A stretch of DNA of 63,325 nucleotides, filler included, from Octopus bimaculoides (GCF_001194135.2; 5 parts of 4 records of this genome joined end to end with filler, not necessarily neighbours in it), one strand, 5' to 3'; positions 38,042-52,196 are shown, counted from the whole stretch's first letter. Numbers and translations are program-made. Notes: generated by a model not told the origin, from the sequence alone.

Positions 38042-38925
38042 TGCGATATGGTATCAAAACCTTCGCGGACTAGTTATGTTTAATAAAAAAAAAATAACTT
38101 ATACCCCTATGCTTTAACATCATTTCCTTTGAAATAGTCATCTTACGTTGCAATACACCGGTCCCAGCATTTTGCGACATTTGGAATCTGACCTGGAAGT
38201 TGTTTTCAGCAAGAGGGTCGAGGACCTTCTGCGATTCGATCTGGATCTCAACAACAGTGTTCAAACGGCGAACTTCATCTTGGAAAAGAGATAGAGTATC
38301 TGCAGGTACTAACTCTGGCAAACAGGGCCGGTGCAGTAGAGATACTATGTTTTTTGGGGGCGGGAAAGTCTCGGTGAGGCCAGCTCGGTGACGGTGCATT
38401 ATCGTGGTGAAGAATCTAAACATCTGGTCATTTCCGCCGAATGGCCTTTTAAACGCCTCAAACCGTCGCATCAGAACTGGCCTTAGCAGTGGTCTAATTC
38501 TCGAAGCAGAATACCGCGGAGGACAAAAGAAATAAATAAATAACAAAAGGAAACGATGAGAATGCTCTTAATTGAGCTGCGGTTCTGTCGTGCCTTCTTC
38601 GGTCGCACAGGTGAAGGACGACAACTGCTTCGTCTCAAGGTCGTAACCTGAAGCATGTTTATAATGTCTCTGTAGCAGACTTCCGAAGTTTAATGCAAAA
38701 TTTCACGTTTGCTCCTTTTTTCTGTCCATGAAAAGATCGCAGACTACAGCATACAAGCGATCCCAAAAACGTGAACTTCGTACCTTGAGAAGTAACCACA
38801 GCAATATCCCTCAACATACTGCCTCATAAAGGTTTCTGCTAGATCTCACTGCACACGCAACCGTATGCTGCCATCTGCTGGCGCGCTACAGAACAAGTCC
38901 GGGAACTTTTTGATACTACCTCATA
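38042..38925 (-). mobile_element. Internally deleted mariner element with both TIRs
   Basis: TIRs are ggtatcaaaaccttcgcggact (left) and agtccgggaactttttgatactacctcata (right, ending in TA). The N-terminus MDRKKEQ/NVKFCIKLRKSATETL jumps to KKARQNRSSIKSILIV, then HHDNAP, HRPCLPELVPAD (HPPYSPDLAPAD-like) and LNTVVEIQIESQKVLD. Confidence 0.9.
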
Positions 38926-40049
38926 AATATATACACCGTCAAACGCATGAAAGTTAAGGCTCGAAGTGGATCCAACTATAAATAATACGAATATATTAGA
39001 TTAAAACCTAGAGTGTGGGTAAAAGGTCGAACTGCAACGTTAACATTGCTTTATATTATTTTATTTCTTTAACGAAGAAATCGAATGAGCATGTATTTGT
39101 GAAGCATTAAGTAATCGCGTTGATCATCTCCGTTATTGATAAATGTTTGATTGGAACTCTTTTCAATTTTGTTATTTTTTGGCATAGCTTTTATCAGCAA
39201 ATTAGCTTTTACCTATTAATTGACGTTGTTTTGTGCATAAGAGAGAATTTGCAGTGATTACAAGTGATTAGACTATTTAACTAAAACGGTCATGTTATTC
39301 CCCTGATTGACCAAATATTTGTGTCTTCTTTGCCGTTTGTATTTCCCACAATATCTTGAATTTTTCGCTCACGTGATAGCCTCGTCTGCTTGCACTACGA
39401 TTTCCTTATCTGTTTAGTTTTAAAGTCAAATAAGCCGATTTACGAAAGCAATATATAATTCCCTTATCACCTTATTTTCAATTTCACTGAAATCTAGAAT
39501 ACATACGCCATCTTTGTCCCTTCTTTACTAGATTATTTATATGGCTTTTAAAAGCTTTCTCTACATAAACTGATGAGATTATCTTGCAAATAACTAGTCT
39601 TATTGCTTTTCGTTTCTCTTTTCTAAATGTATTGAAGCAATTAGCCTTTTTCTAAATCCAATCAGCAATAATCATTAAACAATGGCAACATATCAATTTT
39701 CGCAACTGTTGTCTTTCGAAATAGCATGTGTAATATGAAGTTTAGTTACAGTTTTATTCTGTACTCTAAAACTGCTTATATACCTCTATGTGTACTCTCA
39801 TATCTCTATACTAACTCTAGCACAATTACATCAACTACACTTTTGTACTATCTTTTTTTACACGCTCAATTTTTTCCTAAACATGTTGAAAACAAATATT
39901 TTAGAATTCATCATCAAAATTAACTTATCCGGTCAATCACTTTTGCTCACCTTAAAACTATTGCAAGGTTTCATATATTCTACACTGAAAGGAATTCATT
40001 GAAAACTGAAACTTATTTTTGAAAGATATACCTTCATTCAATGGGTCTC

Positions 40050-40260
40050 TTATTCTATGGGTCTCTTTTGCAGAAACTCTGAGTTACGGGGACATAAACA
40101 GGCCAACACCAGTTGTAAAATAGTTGTTGGAAACAAACACATACATACAGTCAAACACACACACACATATGTGCCGGTAACACGTAGACAGCACCCGTAC
40201 TGATGTCACATAGAAGGCATCCAGTATACTCTGTAAAGGGGTTGGCGTTAGGAAGGGCCA
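40050..40260. mobile_element. SINE A fragment (-) followed by an RTE 3' UTR fragment (+)
   Basis: agttacggggacataaac...caacaccagttg (family A). cacatagaaggcatccagtatactctgtaaaggggttggcgttaggaaggg matches 12470-12530. Confidence 0.6.
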
Positions 40261-40299
40261 ACTAAAGCTCTAATAGTGACTTCAATATCTCACAACTGG

Positions 40300-40885
40300 C
40301 AAAAACATCTGCAAGTAATGCCCAGATCTAGAGAAATACCGAAATACTTCTATGGAAAGCACAGACTTTAATGTGACATACGAATTGCCTACCGAGGTAC
40401 CTTGATAGAAATGTTACTTCAGGAACTGTTCCATCAGGGTATCCCTCATTAAACTCACACCATACTGCATCACGAATTATCTGTCTGTAGTATGCATCAA
40501 TTGACAGATCCAGACAACACTGACTCAGGAATATTTATCAAAATACCTCTTATCCAACGCGTGCCTCACTGCTTTGCGAATTATCTATCAATTTAATTAG
40601 AGCTTTAGAAACACACTTTCCAAGGCATTAAACTTACGCAAGGTTGTATTCCAATGATATACAATAGTCAACTCTTCTCTTACGATTTTAGCTTAAACAT
40701 ATCTTAATGTCAAATTAACTGGAAGACATCATAGAGAGAGGAGGATATAGCATGCTCACACCTTAACTAGACGCACAACGACTCAACAGCTAGAAACATG
40801 GCTCCATGCAAATAATCGAAATGTAGCTCCACCCTAATCTACTGTCTTTCTTGTTAACACCAATCACCATGAAATACAACAGATC
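40300..40885 (+). mobile_element. Decayed non-LTR (I/Jockey-like group) reverse transcriptase fragment
   Basis: Pieces CFANYLS, GIKLTQGC (GVPQG-like) and QQLETWLHANNRNVAPP*STVFLVNTNHHE (W...N.L.....KS pattern), with many stops. Confidence 0.55.
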
Positions 40886-42112
40886 GTCTCTTATAATTCA
40901 CGCATGTGTTTTATATACAGCAAGCTACCACTATTTTTGTGTGTGAGTGTAGAAAGTGTGTTTGAGTTCAGTGTAATATGCGTCAGTGAGTGTAAGTATT
41001 TGTAGTCATTTTACTCATTTCTGTAGCGAATATGACTAGTGTGTAGCGATATTTTCAAGTAGTGGAGTGCATCTAATTATTTCTCATTTCCATTCAATAT
41101 CTCTCCATGCTACTTCGGAAACTCTTGCTCGTTGCCAGCGCCTCCCTTACCGAGTTTCCAATCATTAGCTATGGAACTAGCATGCAGTGATGCCTGCTGT
41201 TTGAAAATGGAATTTCTCCTTGGTCCATAATAAAAGACTGTCGATTTCATAGCGGTTGTATTGGCAGAAATTCATTCTCAGGACCAAATCAATGAGAGCG
41301 ATGACAGTCTTCTACCTTTTATATTTGCTAGTCTACTATTGGAAATGTGTTATTATTTATTTATGTATTTATTTCATTATTCTTATTGGTTATTCTGTAT
41401 TCATTTCTTATTTTTTTGTTTGTGCTGGTGTGATATTTATTTTTATTTTTGTTCTTTATTAACCTTCTTCGCTTTGGATATAGATTCATTTGAAACAATC
41501 ATTGACAAAGATGATTGTTGCCATGAGATGTATGTTTGAGTTTGTGTGTATATTCAAGCAATAGAGGAGAGGATAAAAGAAAATGTTTGTTAGGATGACT
41601 ACAGAATAACATAAAACCATAGCCGTGAATGCATGATATATGAATCAAAAGACAAACTAGCTTCGGGGAGAACATAATGGACCCTCCCTTCAGAGTCCAC
41701 AATCAATGATAAATTGTTTACCGATTCTAAATGGTATCTTGCATGGATAATCAGAAAGAATTCAATAAATAAATGGAAGAATAAAATGAAAAAGGAAAGA
41801 AAAAAGTTTACTAGATAAAAAGCGACAACAAGGAGCAATACGTAACATGATAGTTAAAGCATAGAAGCAGCAATACATTCAATGGCCGACTGGACTAGAT
41901 AGTCAGGCTTTTGTAGCGTGCTTAGTGAGAATAAAGACAAGCAGACTACATATTTTTTTGGCTTTTCATGCAACTGGAGGTATTTCAATAAATAAATCGG
42001 TAACTAAAGAAAAAATATTGTATGTTAGCAGAAATATAGATACGTTTGAAAATGGAGAGGGTATTTAATTGGGTTAATGGGTAAATTATTGTCTGTTTGA
42101 TACATATGTGTC

Positions 42113-42173
<61 letters not shown>

Positions 42174-43019
42174 TTAATAAGGTTTCTATTTACACACATA
42201 TATGTATATGAATTTTGAATGTATGCATCTATCTCTGTCTGCCTGTCTGTCTCTCTGTCTGTCTGTATGTATGTATGTATGTATGTATGTATGTATGTAT
42301 GTATGTATGTGTGTGTCTGTGTGTAGGTCAGATAATAGAAAAGGTTCTAAATTTCTTATACATATAGTCATGTAACATAATTAGTTATTGCGTCGTAACG
42401 GTAAAATCGATAGAGTACTGTAAATTTGACTTTCAGTGAGGTTGTGTCTCATTAAGTTTTGTTCTCTTAACTTTACGCTGGAGCGGGAACTTCCCTCTGC
42501 CCATTCACTTTCATATTTTATCGATTTAACTAAATACATTTTGCCCACCCACAACATCATTGCCTTTGGAATCTGATCATAATACACGATTTACGTATAC
42601 TAGAAATGTTGGTGAACATCGTATCATAGACAAGCTCTGGCGCAACAATTGTGGGCTGTTGCAAAGAGAGAATAAGTTATGTTCAGTCAGCAGACATCGT
42701 TGTTAGATCATTAATTTTAGCTGTAAACTAACTTTATTGACATCAATGTATTTTTATTGAAGTAGCATTTGTCAAAATCAAGTTTAAAAAACAACATCCA
42801 TCATGTGGTGTCCGTTTTCATTGATGCATTTCTGAAGGCTTTCTTGGAAGTTGGCCTCCACTCTCTCCAGCATCGCTCTGTGCATAGTCCCATAGTTTTA
42901 ACTGTTGCCCAATGACCAATTTGTACGGGTGAAAATGCAGGCTTTCATGCAAAATATGCCAAACCCATCGATTACTGTTGCCAAGTTCAGTAGAATGCCT
43001 TCCAGTAGAGCGATTATAT

Positions 43020-43170
43020 TTACGTATATATACGTTGGCGATTTTCTACCTCCGTCTTCCCATCCTTCGGACTTTCCTCTGTTTCTGAAGAAGAAGACTT
43101 TGGCCCGAAACGTTAAATCATCTTTCTTTCCTTTCCCGAGCGTCAGATAATACAGTACTTGTATATATAT
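43020..43170 (+). mobile_element. Short repeat with hammerhead-like motif at 43081-43118 (stem II damaged)
   Basis: guuu-CUGAAGA-agaagacuuuggccc-GAA-ACGU-U-aaau. The downstream ttcccgagcgtcagataatac matches the element at 51973-52190. Confidence 0.55.
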
Positions 43171-43387
43171 ATATATGAAGTTAAAGTTTAGATTTAAGTT
43201 TAAAATTTGAACTGCGAATTGTGTATGTCTTTAGTAGTATGTCGACAAAGCATGATAAATCCTTTTAAAATTGGGCATCCTTGGAACTGTTTGTGGATGC
43301 CGTTATGTTGATAACATTCAATGACTATCAGGCACACATCAATAACCCAATATTCGCCTATATTCACGTATATATTATACAGACGCT

Positions 43388-43419
<32 letters not shown>

Positions 43420-43478
43420 AAGCCTTCTATACACATCCGTTCCCTGTTCCATATATACAGACTCATCAATGTATGTAT

Positions 43479-43529
<51 letters not shown>

Positions 43530-43854
43530 NNNNNNNNNNNNNNNNNNNNNNNNNNNNNNNNNNNNNNNNNNNNNNNNNNNNNNNNNNNNNNNNNNNNNNN
43601 NNNNNNNNNNNNNNNNNNNNNNNNNNNNNNNNNNNNNNNNNNNNNNNNNNNNNNNNNNNNNNNNNNNNNNNNNNNNNNNNNNNNNNNNNNNNNNNNNNNN
43701 NNNNNNNNNNNNNNNNNNNNNNNNNNNNNNNNNNNNNNNNNNNNNNNNNNNNNNNNNNNNNNNNNNNNNNNNNNNNNNNNNNNNNNNNNNNNNNNNNNNN
43801 NNNNNNNNNNNNNNNNNNNNNNNNNNNNNNNNNNNNNNNNNNNNNNNNNNNNNN

Positions 43855-43895
<41 letters not shown>

Positions 43896-44212
43896 TCAAC
43901 AGGCATATAGATGTATATGCGTCCATATATACATACATACGCTCAAATATATGCACTTACACATGCAGACATACATATATGCGCACACGTAATAGAATAT
44001 ACGTACATATATCTGTTCGCGTGTGCATCGCTATGTGAGTACCTACTCATAGAAGTACAACAACAAACGCTTACGTAGCCATTTGTAGGTACACACGTAT
44101 AAGTATAGACTTCTGCTCCCACTGGATTTGACCATGTATACTTTCAGAGGATATATCAAAAAATTTATTGGCAGCAGCTACTCTACAAAGAGCCGGAGAA
44201 ATACTGATACAA

Positions 44213-44448
44213 TTTATTTACTTATTTATTGCCCCACGGGGCTAAATATAGAAGGGACAAGCAAGGATAGACAAAGGGATTAAGTCGATTACATCGAAAC
44301 CAGTGCGTAACTGTTACTTATTTAATCGACACCGAAAGGCTGACAGGCAAAGTCAACCTCGGCGGAAATTGAACTCAGATTTAGCTGGTTATGTAATTTC
44401 ATAGTCATCTCCTAATTCGCCCGGCGTGCTAACGATTCTGCCAGCTCT
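44213..44448 (-). mobile_element. SINE family B (tail B1)
   Basis: gattaagtcgattacatcgaaaccagtgcgtaactgttacttatttaatcgacaccgaaagg. Confidence 0.88.
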
Positions 44449-44716
44449 TATTGTGTGCTTAATTTCAATTTCTTTTATAATCTTTCTTTCCTTAATCTTT
44501 GTATGGAAAGTTTTCTTAATTACTTCTTTTTTGTATCTCCAGCTCAGCAACTTAATCTGTTTTCAGCCATTCCACGTCCCTCCTCAATGTATTTGAGACA
44601 CGACTACTATCAACATGCTCGAGTTAAGTTTAAGAGAGAAACGTCGCTTAAGTAACGGGAAAGTGAAGTGCGTTACTTGAAGTGTTTCACTGTAATTCAT
44701 TGTATATAGCGTTCCA

Positions 44717-44790
44717 TCCATGAGGGAGCGGTGTCGGATGTGTCGAAACGATCGTTGTGATAAACATTCCAGTATATATCTTCCGTATCC
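44717..44790 (+). mobile_element. Decayed copy of the hammerhead-bearing repeat seen at 57612-57697
   Basis: ggatgtgtcgaaacgatcgttgtgataaacattcc...atcttccgt vs ggatgggccgaaacgatcgtcgtgctgaataaatattcg...atcttccgt. Confidence 0.55.
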
Positions 44791-44797
44791 ATTGTTT

Positions 44798-44840
<43 letters not shown>

Positions 44841-44863
44841 CACTACTACTACTACTACTACGA

Positions 44864-44985
44864 CTTGCCGGACCACTAAGTTACGGGGATGTAAACACAC
44901 GAGCATCGGTTGTCATGCGATGGTATGGTGGGCAAACACATACACACAAATATATGCACACACACACACACACACACGCACACAG

Positions 44986-45020
<35 letters not shown>

Positions 45021-45173
45021 CGACGGGGTTCTTTCAGTTTCCGTGTACCAAATCCCCTCACAAGACTTTGTTCAGCCCGAAGCTATAGTAGAAGACACTT
45101 GCCCAAGGTGCCACTCAGTGGGACTGAACCCAGAACCATGTGGTTGGTAAGCAAGCTACTTACCACACAGTCA
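44864..45173 (-). mobile_element. SINE family A (3' tail missing), preceded by (CTA)n
   Basis: gaagacacttgcccaaggtgccactcagtgggactgaacccagaaccatgtggttggtaagcaagctacttaccacacag. Confidence 0.9.
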
Positions 45174-47642
45174 CAAATATATAGTAGATGCAGATGATAA
45201 CGCTTACATACACATTCATAAGTACACACATACACAAACACAAATAGATAGGCACAGACACAAAAGGGCAAACACACGCATATGTACTATATACGATACG
45301 CGCTTACAAACACACATATATATGTGCCAAATGCGAGTGTGTTTGTCTGAGTAAACATAAGTAAAAATGTATTATGTGACATTTTGGGAAAAGATTTTGA
45401 AATTGATGTTGTTTTACATTTTGCTTTACATTTTCATTTTTAATTATCCAGCAGAAACCTATAACTAACAAATATCACACTGATTGATCAAATTTCGTTT
45501 CCCTCAAGAGATGGCGTATCATATTGCCTCCCACTTTTTTTTTGGGGGGGGGGCAGAGATTTTATAAAAAAAATGTTCAAATGTTCATACCGATAATGTC
45601 TTGTGTTTATATCCGGTTTGTATATTTATGCACTGTTTCTTGCACTTTTTTTTTATAGAACAAACAAGAAATAATATCGTCGGTCATAAAGTTTATTTCA
45701 AAGAAGTAATCTTGCAAATTCTCAGGAATGAGGCGTTTCCTTTGCTAAATATAAGGTTGTTTATCTTGTACGATATAATCGTATTGTTCGTAGTAATTGG
45801 TATAATCTCGTTATCATTCAGTTATACGATTCCAGATTAGACAAAACACGGCTTAAAATGTGTTATCTTAAAGTTTGCAAACCTTCAGTTTCAGAATAAA
45901 ATAAAAGAAAAACATGATTCGGTAGTTTAAACTGTTGGAAGCCTTACAACTATCATTGCCTGTGGACCAGAAAGTATGCTATCAGCAAAAGATCAAATTT
46001 TGAAATACCTCCTATATTTTAATGTCTATGATTTTAAACTGGAACGTCAAAATTATATGCTGGAAATCTGGTCCGATAAACCTAAAAATCTTGTCTCCCG
46101 TACGAAAGTGAAGAGCCCGGATGATAGCCGAAGCAGACATGAGTTCAATGAGAACGTCACAAACCTGAAATACGAAGCAAAAAAAATTCTACTTTATTTG
46201 ATATGACGACATATGAAGTTGTGGAATAGATAATAAATGGCACACATCTAACAACTATGAGCAGAGCTCTGCGAATTTCAAATTTTAGAGGATCAAATGA
46301 TGGAAGATGTAAGTGTTTAGGTTGTTTCAATGCGTTTATGAAGTTCAAAGCCTAAACATTATGCAAGTTAGCAATGAATGAAAAGAAGCCATATTGATTT
46401 CAAGTGTAAGCAGAATTATTTCGTCTTAGCCTTTCTTTTCGTGACAATGTTGATGTTAATTTAGATAAGTCTTACTCGAAACAACAAGTGCAAAATTGAA
46501 AGCTAACGTTACAAATAACTCCAATCCTATAGACATGTAAATAACCTAAATATTTAATTATGAAGGAGGCCATATTTAATAATTTCCTATTCAGTTGGTT
46601 TGAAAGTCTGAGTGTTTCATGAAACACTGATCGGCGAGTTGCAAAAAATAAAGAAAAATAAAATTAAAGTTTGGGATATAAAGACAGTTATGATCTCTGC
46701 ATTTCTCAAACGTATGTTAGATTTTAAGACCTGTACTCGAATCGAAACGAAAGCAATCTTAAAGTCTAGCTTTGATTTCCCCAGGCTTCCTAACTACAAA
46801 AGATGATGAGATGTTGGCTGTAACGAGGATTGAATTTTCAAGTTGTGTTACGCTGACAGAGACAACTAGCAAATCATATCTATTGCCAAAATATTATGGA
46901 TATAGTTTTTGACACCATAGTTTGAAATTTTTGAAAATGTTGTAAATATTGCAGGTTTAACAAAATAATAACTTTAGCAATGAAACAACACAGTGCTTTT
47001 CTCACCTGTTGTCATAATGTGAAGTGGAGGAGACCAACAGTTTATACTTTTGAATATAAGGAAGATCAGCATGACCAGAATATTTATCTTACTTGATATT
47101 TATGATGAAATGAGAAAATATGGAGGAACCCAAAACGCACTCAACGGTGCTTTTTAAGATTTCTAAATGGCATAAAAGTAATTAGACATTTTGTCATCTC
47201 ATGTTTGTCGCCCCTGCCAATAATGCACTATAAATTTCTACCTTGAGGACCACAGGTGAGCAGCTGATTAAACGCGATGCTTTACAGAAGCTGTAATAAA
47301 GACTATAATTGATTTTATAACCATTCTATAACAAATATAATCGTTCTCCTAGATATCAGCGACATTAATTTCCTCTACATACAACGCAACAAACAATATT
47401 AATGAGCTCTAGATAAGTAGAAGAGGAAGTTATAGCTGCGATTATTTTAAATGTACTATTAACATTTAACCTGAAATTAGATCAAACGTTTACTTATGCC
47501 GTACGAGAACTGAATTGATATTTAGAATGCACTTTGTTTCCGTTCAATTGCCACGAGAAGTTAAGCAACATAATTTTGAAAAATTTGCAAAACATGAATT
47601 ACTGTAACAAACCCACTCACACACACATTTAAATGCATTTCC

Positions 47643-47679
<37 letters not shown>

Positions 47680-50055
47680 NNNNNNNNNNNNNNNNNNNNN
47701 NNNNNNNNNNNNNNNNNNNNNNNNNNNNNNNNNNNNNNNNNNNNNNNNNNNNNNNNNNNNNNNNNNNNNNNNNNNNNNNTATATATATACCATATTATTA
47801 ACAGACCCACTCTTAAGCTGTCTGCATGTATATTAATCTAAGAAACAACCGTCCATGTATATTTACTTTTCCATCTGAAAAGGACGATAAGATAATCCAT
47901 ATAAACGCTGATACGTTCTGTTATCTCATTCAGTGTGTGTCAAAATGTCAATATAAAGTAAGTGGTTGAAGCTGTAGTAATATTTATACACTATGTTATA
48001 TAAATAGTTAGATGTAACAGATTTCTGTAAGAAACTATTCATTTGAACCTGTTATGGTGTTTTAAGATCGTCACCATTCAAGCTGTGCAACAATGTAATC
48101 AAATTTGATTGTGACTGTTTTCAGTCTACATCTTTCTAGGACTAACATACCCAATACAACCATTTGGTTTTTCACTATAAGATTCAATTCAGGGAGACTG
48201 GTTTGGTAGTAATGTCTACTAGACTGATTGTCGAAGTGTAGTGTGCAACTCAATTTATGCGCGGAATTAATGATGGCATCGGCAGCATTAAACCTTATAA
48301 CGCAAATCATGTCAAGTGGAAAATTTATAGAGTGGTGGCTTACTAACGGAAACACCACTGCTTTGCGCTCAAATTGCTAAACTGTGTCATGTCCATCGGA
48401 TAACTGCTTGGCTTGCACTAGTTTTGTCACCTTCGATTTAATGACACGCGTCTCATTCGCTGTTGGCCGTAAATAATGTGTATTACTTGAGAAGGGTTTG
48501 TTTTTAAATCTTTATATCTCACATAACGTAGTTTAAAAGGTTCCTAGGTATTTTCCAAAATTCAAATGGATATACACACAAGGGGAGTCTTGAGTTACTA
48601 CATAATGTATACATATATGCATATATATATATTTATGTGTGCGTGTGTATATGTGCGTACGTGTGTGTGCATGTTTGTGTATGTATATATATATAGACAG
48701 ATAGATGGATATATTCTATATCTGTATGCATGCATGTATGTATGTATATATGCATACTTTAGCTGCGTCTTAAACATGTACGGATTTTGAGATAATACTA
48801 CTTACAAACCATGGGTGTACTGAATCACTTTTGCAGTATTTGCATATATATTGGCTATGCATGTGAGTGGTCATCATTAATCTAAGATGAGAATTACATT
48901 ATAAAGAAAAACGTTTCAGGGATACCGCCATTATTTTTACTCTTACAAATGAAAAACGTATTTCAATGGGAAAATGATACATAAATTGATTTGTATCTTT
49001 TTATGCGTGATGTTTCAGATAAACAGTTTTACATTTGGGAAGCGCTCGGCAAGAACCAGCTGTATGTGAGAGCAGTGTTTATGCTGAGCGTTTGTTAGTT
49101 TTTATTCTTCTTTATTCTTCCCTTCAGGATAAGCGTTTCATTCAATTTCCAAAATAGACGATCAGCAATAAATATCGGCAAGAATATACAATGAATACTA
49201 AGAACTATAAATTTAAATTATTCCTCATACAAACTCTAGAAGACATCACAATTGCTTCATTTCTGCACAAAATAATCCCGACTACACATAATATACTGTT
49301 TGCATTTAAAGCAGTTGCCAGTGGTAAGATTCGTTCAAATGGCGGCACTGTTTTCTATTTCAGTTGTATTTTAGGCTGTTATTTCCAGTTTTTCCTGTTT
49401 GTTTCTTTTAGTGCTCTATGGCAGCAAGAACTATAGATATTTATTGTATTCAGTTCTGATTCATCCAAGAGCTTATTTCTGTTTAAGGTTGCACTAGGGA
49501 CGCTACGTATAAATCGAATAAAATTGTGCGTAACAGCGGCGAATAATTCCCTCACTTTTACAACATCTGTCTTAGTAATTTGACAAAGTCTTACAAAAAT
49601 GATTTCCAAGAAAAGAACGCAAAAAAAGATACGAAAGATTAAAAAAGATTATACTGTTTGCTGCAAATCTTGTTAATTCCATAAAAAATAGAACTCTGCA
49701 TTAGAGAAAAATCTACAATGATTTTTGCAAAGACATTCACTCCAAACCTTATCGTAATTTTCTTATCTGTCTAAAAGTAATTTTGCGATTGTTTCCCTAG
49801 CGGTATATCTAAAAGGCATAAATTTTACCTCTTCTCTGTTCTGTAAAAATACTATCTTCTTCAACTCATTTATCAGTGTCAGTATCAATTTTTTGGTTTG
49901 CAGCTTTCTTCCGTTTTCATTTTTTGGAAGTGGCTTTGTCACAGTCGTATATTCCAAACTCATTTCTGATGGCATTCTTGTCAAGTCACTGAAGAACTGG
50001 ACATTGCGAGGAAGGCTATCAATTGTTCTGTTGGTTTAACCTCTTGACCAAATTG

Positions 50056-50371
50056 AAAGCGCGAGATTCTGTGTTTAGGCTTTTCGGTTCACGATCGTAG
50101 TGGTCGGAATATTCGGCTAAAACGTTGTACCCTTGAGTAAGACGCTTCATTTCTCGTTGCTCCACTCCACTGAGCTGAAAAAAATGAGTTCAATCTGTAA
50201 TTCAAATGGCCAGCTTTGTCACTGTCTGTGTCGCGTTGAATTTACATCAGAACCACACTAAGGGTACGCGTGTCTGGAGTACTCAGCTACTTGCAAGTTA
50301 ATTTCACGAGCAGGCTGTTCCGTTGATCGGATCAAATGGAAACCTCGTCATTGTAACCGATGGAATACCAG
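50056..50371 (+). mobile_element. SINE family C
   Basis: Same head, core and tail as 30075 and 62477. Confidence 0.82.
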
Positions 50372-51972
50372 TTACTCTTTGCAAATGTATCGCTGTTTTC
50401 CCTGTTGCTTAGATGTTTCAGTGTGTTCTACTCTTACATAGCCCATTTCAATTGATTGCTGAGTGTAAATGGTTAAGCCTCGTGTAAGATCCAGCCTCGT
50501 ATGATGAAATTTCAATATTCACGATCGAGGCTATGTAAGTAACTCTCCGTCAATAACAAACGCCTGAAGTTGAAAAAGGCCTCAACGATCATGAAGCAGC
50601 GGCTCTATTCAACGACGAGTGACAAGTGAGGAGAGAAATTCATCTCCGTGCAATATTTGAAAATCCACTTTCGTTTCCAAATAAAACCAAACTCAAATAT
50701 GACATGGAATGTATACATGGAGTCTGTAGAAGAAAAGCAGTCACATCGTTAGCAACATGAAAAGAAATCAATAGGAACTATGGCTGGACATTTTAAAGCA
50801 TTTTGTTCAGGGTTCTAACGATTCTGTCAGCGCCCTGCTTTGTTTAACAAAAGTAAAAATATCAACAGCTATAATAACTAAAATAATTACTTGAAAATAT
50901 GATTTCTGCATTAAAACACATCCGCGGAGGACATTATTTGATTTTTACATATATTCATTTTAATTTTATAAAAAGCACACCTCATTAATCAAACTTGACA
51001 CCGAAAGGAGAGAGATCAAACACATAAAACAGGTGATGATAGGAAGGAATAATGACTAGTAAATTGTGTGAATATCATTGGAAATGTAAATTATTTATGT
51101 GTTTACTTGACAGCAAATATTATATTATTGTCCACACTTCAGTCCAATATAGCAACATCTGTATGCTAGAGTCTATTTCTAAATCTTCCCCATAGCAGAA
51201 GATAAGCTGCCAGAAATGGCAGAATGAAATGAGAGAATCATGGCAAGAATGAGCATATTAGCATTTACAAAAGTTGGAGTAGTCTTCGATCGATAACCTT
51301 ATAATGCTAAGATCATTGCTGGATCATTAATTTCGGTTTTTATTGTCTTTACCAAGTCTATCAAAAGTATTGATATCAAACTAATCAATGAAACAGTAAC
51401 ATACTAATTAATCAACATATGTTTTTCGTTTGATCAGTCAAGTTTATTCAATGTGTTGATTCGAAGAATTACAAACGTGATACGATCCAATACGTCACCG
51501 GTAGGTCAAAGTAATGAGGTAGTGGAAACTCCAGAACAATTGATAAAATTCTTTTGTGGAGTCGCATCTTACTGTGTTGATTTCTGTGTTCTGAGATAAA
51601 AATGCAATAAATTTTGTCTATTATTTCAGTAACATGTATAATCCCAATCACAATTATGCATATGTTAAGTCGTTTGTGAGGTCTTTTGTCAGGGCTACTG
51701 GTAATATGGGATCAAGTCCAACATTTTACATGGTCGTGTCTTCGGTGACTAAACCGGCACTTCCACTAGGCTCGCCTGGTGAAGAGAGTTACAAGAAACT
51801 TAGCAGGACTAAAAACGAAACCTGTAACAAGGACGGATGAACATAGTGTAGGATCAGTGTCTACCAAGCAATAGCACAGCCCCTAAGAATTTCCGTTTTG
51901 GGGTCCGGAGAGCTGGAAGACCACTGGTGGGAATTGGTCTTTTGCCTGTGTTATATATATATATATATATAT

Positions 51973-52190
51973 AGGAGGGAGAATGTACGAAAAAAACAAC
52001 GACAGACGAGGACAGGTGGTGTAAACAACAAAATGATGTATTAGTTTGACGCTTGGGAATACAGAAAGTCTTTAACGTTTCGAGCTACGCTCTTCAACAG
52101 AAAGAATACGGAGAAAACAAGGAGAAAAAAATTAAATGGTGTTTGGTCAACGATTAATCATGGCGTCTGCGGAAAGAAAGTTCAGAATAT
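51973..52190 (-). mobile_element. ~220-bp (TA)n-flanked non-coding element carrying a hammerhead variant
   Basis: Homologous to 43020-43170 and contains the motif listed next. Confidence 0.6.
52069..52105 (-). ncRNA. Minimal type I hammerhead-like motif with A6>U core substitution
   Basis: UCUUU-CUGUUGA-A-GAGC gua GCUC-GAA-ACGU-U-AAAGA: perfect 5-bp stem I, 4-bp stem II, loop-less palindromic ACGU stem III. Confidence 0.6.
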
Positions 52191-52196
52191 ATATAT

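Noticed and set aside
41599-41870. Lys/Trp-rich short plus-strand frame (WTLPSESTINDKLF...)
   Set aside because: It is bounded by stops, with no recognisable family or splice signals.
49230-49990. Possible piggyBac relic (minus-strand TTGNCFKCKQYIMC)
   Set aside because: Only a CxxC-like fragment is visible. No catalytic motifs, TIRs or TTAA boundaries were found.
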